Source of the DNA: Harriotta raleighana
Taxonomy: Eukaryota
NCBI GenBank assembly: GCA_050575255.1
Contig: JBNZDD010013589.1
Location: 1,268,374 to 1,332,373 of the forward strand
Length of the DNA: 64,000 bases
Direction of reading: 5' to 3'
This document shows, in pieces, positions 47,351 to 59,520 of this stretch. Position 1 is the stretch's first letter; every line of letters begins with the position of its first letter. The position numbers and the translations under genes were made by a program. The notes beneath the pieces are model-generated. The model ran no database searches and was not told the origin of the DNA. It was given only the letters and a program-made list of their open reading frames with translations.

Positions 47351-48489
47351 GTGGAAACAGTATGAACTGAGGTTTGAAATGTAGTGATGTAGGCAAATGC
47401 ATCTCTTATTTTCCACAGGCATTAAAATACTCCTCTCCCCCCACCGATCCCTTATGCACCACAGATAGATTTTATAATCTGTCTACACCGTGAAAAGTAA
47501 TTCTGTGTTGCAATGTTGTCCAACAAGCAGTGCATTCCTAATTCACTTGAAATGCAACACAATCTCAGAGTACACACTAAGCATTCTGCTTTTATAAGAA
47601 AGCAACATCTTTTGAAATGCCTCTGCTCGGCTGTGTGTATTCAGTGGAAGCCCTTTCTCAGGCTAAGAGACCAGACCGCGTGTTCGCTTTGTCTGCACAC
47701 ACTGAATCAAACCGACTCCTTCACTGAATGGACAGCGTTTTGTAATAAATTTCTTTGTAGAAGAGGAAGCTGTCGCCTCTGGTGCTTTTTCTTTTAATGT
47801 TAAGAAAAATGTGCTTCAAACAAATATTAGAAAAGCTATCGGTACTTCAGGTGGATGAAGTAGTTGGGAGAATTGGTGGGTGGGTATGGGTTCAGTCCAC
47901 GACCTTCCAAGTTGATGAGCTTGAAGAGAGCCCTATTGTTTGGAAACTAATAATTATATCCCTTTTGAATTTGTCTTCAAAGTGCTCATTTTGTGTGTAA
48001 GGATCACTTTCGGGGGTAAGGATTAGCAGGCTCATTTAAAGAGTAAATTTGCTTAGTTTTCTTTATACATTTTCCTCTCTGATTTCTACTTAACTGTATA
48101 CTTAGAAAGTGATCAAGTGCATATCAAGAGCCTTTTGATTGGACTCTCATTGATCATTAGCGAGGCTCCGTTTGAAAGATTATGTTGCGTTTTGGGGAGT
48201 CTACCTTCAAAAGGTTAGTGGAGGATAACAACGAGAAAAATACAAGGCGCCATTATACTAGGGAAGATTGGCAGAGCTGAACTTTTCCAGTGCAGTATTT
48301 GAAAGTGGTGAGATGATCCAGGTCTAAATTGAAATTGTTTGGCTGACAAGTGGCAAATGCCATTCAGTGTGAGCAGAGAGCAGAGAAGGAGAATACTGTG
48401 TGGAATACAAACTTAAAGCTGCATTCTTCTTCAGGATATGGCACAGGGAGTGATTTGTGTGATACATATAGTGAGACCACGGAAATAAT

Positions 48490-49070
48490 CAAGATGGAAT
48501 GATTTGGCAAAAGAACTAGAGGGGAGATGATGAGAATTTTTTTTTGGCACAGGGAATTGTTGTGGTCTGGAATGCACTGCCTGAATGGGTGGTACAATAA
48601 TAATAATCCTTAGATTTGATGTAGCGTTTTCACATCTTCTAGACATCTCAAAGCGCTTCTCAGAATAGAATTGTAAAGTGAATTGACTGTATATATGTGG
48701 GCAAAACTCAGCAGCCAATTGCACACAGCAGTGTCCCACAAACAGTCGTGGGTTGAAGTGACCAATTTATTTTGAGGGATTATTATTAGGCATGCGAAAT
48801 AAGGAAACTTGCCCAAGGTTTTGTCCTGCCTGGAATTGAACCCAGATTCCTTGCTTGTACCATTGAACTACAAGATTCCACTTGTATGGTGGAAACCTAA
48901 TCCGATTGAACTTTCAAAGGGGAATCGGATAGGTACTTGAAGACGAAAAAGTTGCAAGGAGATATGGGGAAAGAGCGGAGGGGAGGGACTGATTGGGTAA
49001 CTCAACCAAAGAGCCATTGCAGGTCCGATGGACCAAATGGGCTCCTTCTGTGCTGTTATGATTGTACAAT
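48490..49070 (+). mobile_element. CR1 3' fragment interrupted by a SINE
   Basis: cagggaattgttgtggtctggaatgcactgcctga...; terminus gaccaaatgggctccttctgtgctgttatgatt. Confidence 0.82.
48596..48860 (-). mobile_element. Deu-domain SINE, short form, nested in CR1
   Basis: aataataataatccttagatttg...cagcagtgtcccacaaacagtcgtgg...aaggaaacttgcccaagg. Confidence 0.9.
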
Positions 49071-49659
49071 TCAACCAAGGTGTCAGATATCAATTGTATG
49101 ATTATTTTCAATTTGAGTCAGGCATAATGGACCGCAATGCAGGTCTTTTGCAGACTGTGCTTTCTTATCTTTAGCGCTACCTAAAATGCTGAACGCTTTG
49201 AATAATGTTGATCGATGCAGCATGTTTAATTTGAATTGTCAGCACAGAACTAGAGGGCACAAATACAGTGTTACTTAACCCTAATTAGCTGCGAAGAGAT
49301 GAGAGCTCCAGCCGCCAGCACAGACGCATTTTGCAGAACTTTCCTCTCAGAGGTGGAGGCATTCTGGAGTTTGAGTCCCCAATGAGTCAAGTTGATCAGG
49401 AGTTGTGTGAAAGTAAGCGAGTGCGTCCAAATTCACATCCCTTATCTCAAACAGCACTGTTTAGCTCACGCGGCATTTTGTATTGGAATTTTGTGTTGGA
49501 ATTTGTTGTGGGAGAATGTCTTTCACAAGATGGAAACATACAAAAGGTCAAGATAGCCATATGCAGGGAATTTTGATCTGCTGATTAATCTGCAGATTAT
49601 ATAGAGGTGAATTTTTGGGTGAAGGTGCCTTTATGACCATCTCAGCATCATTGTGATTA

Positions 49660-49820
49660 ATAAATAATAATCCTTGCACTTGATATAGCGCTTTTCACGT
49701 CTTCTAAAAGTCTCAAAGTTCTTCACAGAATATATAGTAAATTGAATTGACTGCAATTTGTAGGCGAAATGCAGCACCAATTGCACACAGCAGTGTCCCA
49801 CAAACAGTCATGGATTCAGG
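49660..49820 (-). mobile_element. Deu-domain SINE, 3' half
   Basis: aataataatccttgcacttgatatagcgc...cagcagtgtcccacaaacagtc. Confidence 0.85.
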
Positions 49821-50163
49821 TTGACACCCATGCTCTGTGTAACCCTGTAGGTTCTTGCCCCAATTGCAAGAAGTAATCGAATACTGCAATTCTTATAGAA
49901 GAAGAAAGAATTGTTTATTTCCAGAAGAAATTAGGTAGATTTCTGGAAATAATATCTTGGGATACAGTATATAGTTGGGCACACATGTCAAGCAACTGGC
50001 AGGATGGAGGAAGGTGAACTGAATGAATCTTGGTTTCTAGCGCCAGCAAATCCTTATGTTCATATGAGTGTTAACATTTGAAATCTCAGCTACATCTCAT
50101 TATTTAGCGCTTGGCTTGTAGTACTGGCAAAGTAAAGACAAAGGTTTTATGCACATCACTGTT

Positions 50164-51090
50164 ACATAAGAACATAAGAAATAGGAGCAGGAGTAGGCCA
50201 TTCGGCCGATCAAGCCTGCCCTGACATTCAATCATGGCTGACATTCTACTCTTAACTCCGGCTACCTGCCTTATCCCCATACCCTTTAATCCCTTTATAA
50301 ATGAGAAATCTATCTATCTAGTTTCTCCCCAGATATACACCTGGTTTTTCTTCTCTCTTCCTCCTACCCCAACCCCTCCCCTTGCCCTCTTTCCCCCTTT
50401 CATCCCTGGCCCTCTCGCTTCCATGACTGTTTGTAGGACACTGCTGTGCGCAATTTGGCTGCCGCGTTTCGCCCACAAATATACAGTCAGTTTTTTTTCC
50501 TGCTTTTCTTCCCCCGACCCCTCCCCCCACTTGACTGTACAGCGCCTCGGGACGTCCTCCTGACGTGAAAGGCGCTATATAAATATATATAAATAAAATA
50601 AATTTAAAAAAATCTATCAAAGTCTTGAATATGTTCAAGGACTGAGCATCAACAACCCTTTGGGGTAAAGAATTCCATACATCCACCACCCTCTGAGTGA
50701 AGAAGTTTTTTCTCAACTCAGTGTGAAAGGGCTGACCCCGAACTTTAAGACTGGTTTTAGATTTTCCAACCAGGGGAAACAATCTCCCACTATCTACTTT
50801 GTCGTGCCCCTTAATAATCTTATAGGTTTCTATAAAATCTCCTCTTAATTCTTCTATATTCCAGAGAATATAAGCCCAAATTTATCAACATATCGTCATA
50901 ACTCATCTTCCTCATTCTAGGTACTAAGCTAGTAATCCTAAACTACATTCCCTTCAAGGATATCCTTTCTTAAATAAGGACCAAAATGGCACTCAGTAAT
51001 CCAGGTGTGGTCTCACCAGGGCTCTATACAGCTGCAGCTACTTTTATACTCTAACCCTTTCATAATGAAAGCTAACAGCCTTCCTAATTC
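50164..51090 (-). mobile_element. CR1 LINE 3' fragment with a nested L2/SINE chimeric piece (~50320-50610)
   Basis: acataagaacataagaaataggagcaggagtaggccattcggcc terminus; RKNFFTQRVVDVWNSLPQRVVDAQSLNIFK. Confidence 0.9.
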
Positions 51091-51787
51091 CTAATTGTGG
51101 GTTCATTTTCTGTCGTTTTCTTACAGAGAAAGTTTTCCCTCCTTGTCTTCCCTTTAAGAACTAGTTCTAAGAGATAAAACTTGTTCATCTCCATCAGTTA
51201 ATACTGCAGTGGCTTTTTTATAATGTTGGGGGAAAAAATTATTGCAGAAAAAGATATTAAGGTTCTTTGTCAGGATTTTGAGCTTTCAGTTTTTTCTGAA
51301 TAATTATTGCAATTAAATGGTCATTATTCTTCTGATTGATGTCACCTTGCACCTTTAGACCCCATTCCAGTGCTTTAATTAAAAGGTAGAAGCGTAGAAA
51401 AACCCAAATGCACTTTGCTAAAGTCTCAATCATTAATAGAAAACAGACTCCTACTTACATTTCCAGCCTTCAGATATTGTGTTCAGTTGCTATTAGGAAT
51501 GCACACTGATGTACTTTTTTTACACTTCATTTTACAGCACCAACAAGGAATGTTGATCCATCCTACCGATGCAGATCAAATCCTCCGTGGCGTGAATCAT
51601 TATGCTTTTAAACAGAGTGCAAACTAATTGCAGTTATTCTCAGTGACTGGTAATGTTGAAGGCAGGAACATGTGGGATGTCACCATAGAGTTCGTACATT
51701 ACATGAGACAGTCAACGGCAATCTGATGCGAAAAACTGAGCAGCTCTGCCATCCAACCATGGGGCAATGTGCCTGGGAACTCTAGCT

Positions 51788-51932
51788 CTCATAGAATCTT
51801 AAGGCACAAAAGGAGGTCATTCGGCCCATCGAGTCTGTGCCGGCTCTTTCAAAAGAGCAATTTAATCCCATTCCCCAGCTCTCTCCCCATAACCTCGTAA
51901 ACCCTTCCTCTCCAAATAAATGTCTACCTCTC
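51788..51932 (-). mobile_element. CR1 3' end fragment
   Basis: catagaatcttaaggcacaaaaggaggtcattcggcccatcgag. Confidence 0.78.
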
Positions 51933-53037
51933 CTTAGGCAAAAGGCAGTTTGCCTAAGGTTCCTTGCCTCCCTTTAGGAAAAGGGCAGTTCCGACCCACA
52001 CACTGGCCAGCGAAAAGGATTCGCAAGACACTTCACACCTGTGAAGACAACACAACACACCACCCAGTCCACCGCAGTTCATTCTGTGGAATATTCATTT
52101 GATTTGGATGCATCGGGCACCTGTGCACTGTTTCCAGACGGCCTTCTCTCATTTGGCATATGCGTTAATGACTTACCAAACACAAGAACAACTGCCTTGT
52201 AAATGGGGCTTGTGTCATTTAAATCAAGCTTGCTTACATCTCAGTGGTTGCCCCCCCCTCCACCACCACCTATTTAGAAAGGGAGACAAAGTGCCAAATA
52301 TGTTACTGATGTGGACCATTTGGACTTTTTCCAGGTGCTAAGTGCAACCCACCCCCATGACATGAGGCAATGTTAAACTAGTTACAAGGACAAAAATAAT
52401 AATAATAATTGTCCAAAAGATCCAATCTACAGAGTCTCAGTGTTTGGTATTGTCTTTCTTTGTGCTCCAGGGTTAAGCTGAAGTGCTTGGGTGTCCTGAT
52501 CACCCTGAGCGGTATGGTTATTCTTCCTCTCAGCTATTTTCCCAGTTCAGTGCTGTCTCACTGAGCACAGATAAAGGCGGGAGCCCAGAGTGGCCATTAA
52601 TGGCTTCTGCCCATCATCTGGTTTTTGGAGCATGAAATGCAATTTCTAATCCTAATTGCTTAAGTGTAGTCCATTTGAAAAAGAGAAGTGGCCTGCCCCA
52701 CTCCTGACAGCAGCCCGCGTCTTCCAGACATTTTTAGTCTTTTGTTTTGTTTCCAGCTCAAATCTTTCTGTGACTCGAGGATCCACAAGAAGCTCTCTTG
52801 CTTTTCCACAGAACCCGTTAAGAGCAAACCATCCGAATTATTTACAACAGAGCGGATTGATGGCGGGTTAAATTCAGATCCATGGCGGACAGGATACAGA
52901 CTTAGTTCACTTGATAGCACAACTCTCACTTGTGGGTCAGAAGGCTTTGGATCCAAACATTACTGCTAGATTTCAACCCCTTAAATCTAAACTAACACTC
53001 CAATGGCAAACAGTTGGGGCTGGGGGTGCAATGTTAT

Positions 53038-53384
53038 GGAGATCTGTAGCTCAGTGGTTAGAGCACTTGTCTGGGTTTGATTCTCAGGCAGGTCGAAACT
53101 TTGGGTTTCCTTACTCCAGACGCCTCTGTTTACCTAGCAGTAAGTCGGAACCCTGTTTTTAGCCGATGGAAAGCTTTTCTGCAGAATCGCTTCCAAATAA
53201 ATAAATAAATAATTTGGTCACTCAATCGAACATTGTTTGTGAGACATTGCTATATGCAAATACTCGGCTTTATTTTACCCACAAAAACATACAATTAATT
53301 CACTTTACAGTATATTCTGTGAAACCCTCTGAGGTGTCTCAAAGTCGTGATAAGGCGCTATATCAAATCGAGGATTATTATTAT
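53038..53384 (+). mobile_element. Deu-domain SINE, long form
   Basis: tgtagctcagtggttagagcac...cgcctctgtttacctagcagtaagtcggaacc...aggcgctatatcaaatcgaggattattattatt. Confidence 0.9.
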
Positions 53385-54024
53385 TGCTGTCTTTTGGACA
53401 AGATAGTAAATTTATCTCCTTGTGCTTGAGGTGGACAATAACTATCCCACAGTTATTGGAAATGAGAGATAGTCTCAATAGACTAGCCAGTAAGCTTGCA
53501 GTCATTCAGTTAAGGCACATAATGATGCATTTCTGAGTGCAATATTGCTGCAGTGTTTACCTGAATAAGCATATGCTTGCCTTGGGAAATAATTGCTGTA
53601 AAGTGAGATGTGATGAGGTGTTAGGAACATGCAAATTCTTTAATTGAGAGCATTGTACAAGATAACCATTTGAAAAGCACAGAGATAAAGAGCAGTCTCT
53701 TTGGTTTTTGAATCAACAATTTGCAGCTTAGAAACTTACAGGAATTCAATGAGGAGTTAAGTAAACCAATGGATGAGAGTTACCAATCTTGGATAGCTGG
53801 TTAGCCATTAGGGCAGATGACAAGTAGCAAAGAGTAAGTGAGAGAATTATATTCCAAGGGTTTTCATCAATTTAGTGCAGTCCATGGGCTGACAAATAAC
53901 AGATGTATTTTAATATGGATAATTCATTTACAAAAAGGAAATGGTGAGTGAATGTGTACAATGCAGGCTAGTGATTTCAGTGGGGGTGGGGTTTGATGTT
54001 AAATTACTACTGTGTAAATTTCCT

Positions 54025-54680
54025 GGAGTTGGATTTCTACATATTGACCTGATGGCGGTGGGGCGGAACTGGGGGACGGACAGGGACTTTCTAACTCCTA
54101 GCTTGGGTGTTGGTTGAGCGGAGCAGTGAAAGACCGAGTAAATGAAGTGTGAGCCTCATTGACAATAAACAGCCTTGTTTTCTTTCCGGTTTTAATCTAA
54201 TTGAAAAATTACATTGGTCCTATGCTGCAAGGGATTTCCTATTGCTGCCGCGAGACTGGTACACTTAAGACTTGTCATCCGCTAGGATGGCGCCAGAGAG
54301 CAGCAGGAAAGAGGGCTCCTCTTTTCGATAGCGCATTGCAATTTTGACACTTTCATGTTCAGCCTTAGGGCTTCCAGCAGCATACAAGGTATCATCACAT
54401 TGTTATGTTGTGACATCTTGCCCGAGGATGAGGTTTCATAGCGTATTTCTTTCAAACTTGTCGTAGCATCCGGAAGCATGTGGCCACATCTCCCGGTTGT
54501 ATCTGACAACAGTGGCAGCGTTAATCAGACATAGAATGCAGAAGTTCACTACTCCACTGCAACACTTGTCTGATCGGAACTATGGAATGATCAAGGGGCT
54601 ATGTACTGTCTCGGCTATGATCTGCTGGTAATAATGCTGCCATTCTGTGAATGTTTATTACTGTTCCTGGCTTGACTTGA
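54025..54680 (+). mobile_element. Possible Harbinger/PIF remnant (Myb/SANT-like gene relic)
   Basis: ATGGCG...aagagggctcctcttttcgatagcgcattgcaa (KRAPLFDSALQ) and later gaatgcagaag (ECR) resemble the RAPRFSD-LEVL and QCRKKF motifs; multiple frameshifts. Confidence 0.35.
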
Positions 54681-54684
54681 GCTG

Positions 54685-55060
54685 ATAATAATAATAATCT
54701 TAGCATTTTATATATCACCTTACCACCTTATGTCTTTGTGATATCTCAAAGTGCTTCACAGGATATAATAATAATAATTCATTCCATTTGATATAATGCA
54801 TTTCACGTCTTCTATACGTCTCAACAACAACAAAATCAATAATAAATTACATTTATAGAGCGCTTTTCATTTTGGGAGGACTTCCCAAGGCGCTTCACAG
54901 AATATTCTGTAAAGTGTAGTAACTGTGTATTTTGTGGGCAGCAGCCAATTGCACAGAGCAGTGTCCCACAGACAGTAAACATGGGCGTGTGAACTAAGGA
55001 AACTTGCCTAAGGTTTTGCCCCATCCGGAAATCCAATCCAGTCCTCTTGCTTGCTTGGTA
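54685..55060 (-). mobile_element. Stack of SINE/L2 tails plus a Deu SINE body
   Basis: Three successive (AAT)n/(AAC)n tails, then gcagccaattgcacagagcagtgtcccaca and aaggaaacttgcc. Confidence 0.8.
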
Positions 55061-55994
55061 GAAGTGGTAGAATAATGGCTGGGGTGCGAGCATCTGTTTG
55101 ACACTCACCAAGTCTGAGTTGGGAAGTGTCTGCCACTTGTTAATTGACTTACAGGCAGTGTTCAGATTGCCTCCCATGTAAACAATGGCTCCCACATCGA
55201 GTTCAAGTCAATCTCCAGGTAATCTCCAGATCTATCCTTCTGTAAATCTCCAATGTTAAAGATTTTTGTTGTTAGTTCTATCAGATCTTCAAATAACAGG
55301 TGGCTAGCTAAATGAAGATATACTTCTCCCCAACTGTACAATTACAACACACTTTCTGTACTGATTGCAGCCTCCATTAATGAGACTCGGTGACTTACCT
55401 ATTATACAATAAGCCTATTATATATTGTAACAGCGGTATTTGAATTACAATAATTGGTTTTGAACACCCTAGTATTGGTGAATAGATGAAGGTGGGGAGG
55501 AGGTAATAAAATAAGTGGCAATGTGACAGGTGTATAATGGAAGGTCTTAACATCTCTCCGGTGTATTAGGAGGCAGTGGAAAGTGTGAAGAAAATGATTT
55601 TAGCTGGTGAGTAAAACGCAAGGTCTGCTGGTAATTTGGAATGGTTTGTTTCATTAATCGGTTTGAGGATTAACTTTTAAGTTTTTGCTACAGATAAAGA
55701 CTTAAAGTAATTGATTAGAGATTGCTTGTGTTTTTCCAACCTGACGTGAGGAAATAATTGGCTGGAATAATTCAGTGGTGCTGGCGGGGTTAGTTAGGGA
55801 CTAGAGCTAATCCTTTACAAAGGCAATTGATTCCCAATTACTCTTTTCAAACTGCTTTATGATCAGTTTCTGGATTCAAGTGCATTGATACAAAATGTAA
55901 CTGTTAAGCGATGACACTTCTTGATCTCTGCTAGTTGATGCACTTATGGGACTTTTATTTTGTTGCCTCTTTGCACAACGACAGTGTTTCATAT

Positions 55995-56185
55995 AATAAT
56001 CCTTGCATTTGATATAGCGTCTTTGAGGCATTTCAAAGCGTTCCGTAGGACATACTGTAAAGTGAGGTAAATAGTGCCATGTGAAGCAAGGAAGCTAGCC
56101 TTAGATTTTGCCCTGCCCAGGAATCAAATCCAGTACCCTTGCTCGCACTAATGTGAGCACACTAACCACTAAGCTACAGTACTCC
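55995..56185 (-). mobile_element. Internally deleted SINE (head and tail only)
   Basis: taatccttgcatttgatatagcg...ccctgcccaggaatcaaatcc...ctaaccactaagctacag. Confidence 0.78.
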
Positions 56186-57117
56186 ACAGAGTTTGACTTC
56201 GACAATAACACAGAACACTAATACTGAAAGCACGGGGTCTATCTTAGGCATGACTGCTTGATTTAATTGCTTGTTCAAGTCAAATACCAAAAAGCCCCGA
56301 AAATAGACAGGGTGGGATTTGGACAAAATAGTAAAAGTCAGGGAAGAAATATATAAAGGAGAGCTATTGCTGGAAGCGGATGGAATTGTAGCCTATTTGA
56401 CACTGCCTGATTTGTGAACTGCCCATCTCCACATCATTAGAATATATTCACGGTGAGATCCTGACCTAGGTGTTTTTTTTTTACAGCTTTAAAACAATAC
56501 TAAGCTTTTGCGTCCACCCACCAAAACTTGCCTTGTTGAAAGCTAAAAAGACCCATTTCATCATGTGGGGCCGTACCAAAAATAAGTCTGCTTATCTCAT
56601 TTGGAGACTTCAGTTTGACAAAGTACCAAAGGAATTTTATGTACTCCGGAAATCCAGGTCATCATTTCTGACTTCCCCGACACTTGTGTTGACTGCGGCA
56701 GATTCTTGTGCGTGTTTAAAAATACTAGTGATGTATAAGCAAGAGTAATTGCAGCTAGGTTTTATTGCTGTTCAAGTGGAATGCTGAAAGTCCTAATATT
56801 TCTCCTCTGCTAATCCCCAAGCTTGCTAAAAGCCACTGATTTGTGCCTGATTTGCGGCTTCACAGGGAAGAAACCATTCTTCACACATGAGCTTAGGTAA
56901 AAGCAGTCACTACACTTGACAGTACAGTAATTATCTTTAAAGGGTTTTGTGACTGTTTGATGCGGTAACGAGCTACAAAAATACCAGCTTGTTCCTCATT
57001 GTAATGAGATTTAGCAGGTTGTTTGTGATATTGTAATGGAGTTGTGTTCTCGCTCCCTGCTCATGCACATGTGGTCAGGTGCAGGGACCTTGGTTAATTT
57101 CTCTTCCCCCTCTGTAG

Positions 57118-57416
57118 CTCAGAGTCTGGCTTCCTCCTTGTCCCCTAAATCCTCTGCTCCACCATCGGTGGCTGTGCCTTCAGTCACTATGCCCCGAGGA
57201 TCTCGAACTTCCTTCCTCACTCCCTTTGCCTCGCCTCCTCTTCCTATTTTCATGTCTCGGCTAAAGACCTTTCTTTTCGACCAAGCTTTCAGTCACCTAT
57301 CTCCCACTCCCCCTGGCTTGGCCCCGGGATCCGTTATCTCAAAATAACAACAACTTAGATTTGTATAGTGCCTCCCACCGTGGAGGGAGCTATACAAATC
57401 CAAGTTGTTGTTGTTG
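57118..57416 (+). mobile_element. L2 3' fragment ending in a foldback of its own tail
   Basis: gccttcagtcactatgccccg, aagacctttcttttcgac; terminal inverted repeat at 57343-57415. Confidence 0.85.
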
Positions 57417-58207
57417 ATCTTACTTTCACACTCCACAGGAGACGTTCAGTTCCCTTAGGCTAAGGAGATGGAAAAAATACTTTCTAATTCCATTGCAGCC
57501 CATAGGTTTGACTATCATATTGCAATCCAATTAAACAAATCTAACCCTATATTTTACTATTACACTGGAGTCCAACAGGATAGCCAATTACATTGTAATA
57601 CTGAGACCCATCATTGTCCTGCAGTCACCTATGCCATGTACTCCCACCTGGGGCACACTGAAGTCTAAAAGCCATCTGTTTTCAAAGGGATGTAGATAAT
57701 TAAGTCCTGGTGTCTTGCTTTGAGGTGTTATGGGATAGCTGTGTGAGACACTGTAATTTATTTATTGCCTGCCGTTTCCTGTCCCCTAAGCTTCTCTGAA
57801 GACTCCTTCTCCGCTCCCCTTACCCGCTGTAAGGGTTGATTTAACAACCATTGTACCATTTAGAAAAACCATTGTGTTTTCCTATCATTTCCTTCCCCTT
57901 TCCAGTCTTTATCTATAACACACAAAAATTAAAGTATTCTCCCCGTATTTTCGGGTTGATTTGGGGAATCCCTTCCATTTTATAAATTTATAAAGAATAT
58001 TTACATTCTTTTGTCTTTCTCTTACTGGGATGTTGATCACATCTTAAACATGCTTTCTGGTTTTTTGTTTTTTCATTCTGCTTCTTAACCAAAATTTTAA
58101 CCCTTTCTAAATTTTTTCTGTAAATGTCCTTGTGGCCTCTCTATTTATATCTTCTAATGAATGAACAGATCTCAAGGATCTATGTATTGATTCCTCCTGC
58201 TCTTTTT

Positions 58208-58630
58208 TTAATCATATACACAAATGGTATCAAGAGAATCTTGGCCTAATTGAATCTCTGTGTCCTTCTCAGCCACGACATCCCAAAGTTTAAATTCCTT
58301 AACTTTTACTTCTGCTTCTCTATTCCAAGGCATTCTGAAGTTGAAGTTTAAATTCTTCCTCTCTGACTTCTGCTTTCTCGGACCAGGGCATTCTGAAGTT
58401 CTTTGAATTCTGGCTAAGGCATTTTGAAGTTTTAAGTTTAGTTTTCTCTCTCTCTCTTCTGTGTCAAACCGCTTTCTACTTCCTATTCTAAACATAGAGT
58501 TAAGAAGGAGTACAACGATGGTGCTCAAGAAACCCCCGAGGATAATTAGGCACCAAATGGGATCAGACCATATCTCACAGTATATCCAATTACATAGGGC
58601 ATAATATTTGCTGACTGGTAGGGGTGCCAT
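58208..58630 (-). pseudogene. Decayed ORF with a hydrophobic helix and coiled-coil-like repeats, inside the LTR-like element
   Basis: 140 aa with IWCLIILGGFLSTIVVLLLNSMF followed by a K/E/R-rich region; three ggcatt(c/t)tgaagtt repeats (58329, 58387, 58418) are now out of frame with each other. Confidence 0.5.
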
Positions 58631-58670
58631 ACTTCAGTATAATTAAGTCCAACCCACTAAATACCAACTA

Positions 58671-59277
58671 CAGTAAAAGCCCGTTTATCCAGCACACGGG
58701 ACCTGGCCAATGCCGGTTAAATAGCTTTCCGGTTGAACTTTTCAAAAAAAACTTAAATTAAAAATTATTTTAACACATACCATATTAATAATAGACTAAA
58801 TAATAACAGATAATAACAATATTGTATGGGTACTTTATTTTAAATGTTGTAAACTGTACCCTATAAATAATAGACTAAATACAGTAATAACAGATACTGT
58901 AATAACAGAATACTATATGGCTACTTTATTATTAATCTTGTGCACTACTATATAAATAATAGACTAAATACACTAATTACAGATACTATAATAACAGAAT
59001 ATTGTATTAGTACTTTATTATTTACACTTAACCTCTGCAATGGCTGCCATGGGAGGAAAACAAATCGGCAGCGCGACGTTTTTTTTAAAAAAAAGCAGTA
59101 ACACGACTTTAGACTCGACTGGTGACCAGCCGATATACCTGCACAATAATTGCGTGCGACAATCGATTCATTAAATGTGTCATCACTATTCTGAGGATAA
59201 CTTCCGGTTTATCGAATGAGGTGCCGGTTCAACAGGTTTTCCAGTTCATCGAATCACGGATAAACAGGGTTTTACTG
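58671..59277. mobile_element. MITE family A, long form, nested in the LTR-like element
   Basis: TA|cagtaaaagcccgtttatcc ... ggataaacagggttttactg|TA; collinear with 16417-17038. Confidence 0.92.
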
Positions 59278-59378
59278 TATTAATCTTCAACATGCTAAAT
59301 GTATCTTTGCAAATTCACACCAATATTTAATTTCTAACCAATATTAAACATTTGTATTTATCCCACTAAATGTAAGTC

Positions 59379-59520
59379 CATCAAAAAGTATCCAAGTATT
59401 TTTGAACAGTTTCCAGTTCGACATCCAAAAGTATCCAAGTATTGTTAAACAATTTCCAGTTTGATATCCGTGTATGCAAGTATTATTGTTCCGTTCCCAG
59501 TTCGATATCCAAGTACCATT
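59379..59520. repeat. ~41-bp tandem repeat, about 3.5 copies
   Basis: Unit catc(c)aaaagtatccaagtatt-tt-aaca-tttccagttcga. Confidence 0.85.

Noticed and set aside
48390-48450. Minus-strand cctgaagaag... resembling a Penelope-type minimal hammerhead
   Set aside because: The GAAA core is missing; at best a dead remnant.
51932-51959. Perfect 11-bp hairpin ccttaggcaaa-aggcag-tttgcctaagg
   Set aside because: Sits at a CR1 truncation junction next to a degenerate direct copy; likely a template-switch or repair scar.
59379-59520. Regularly spaced repeats as a CRISPR-like array
   Set aside because: Head-to-tail minisatellite without unique spacers, in a vertebrate intron.
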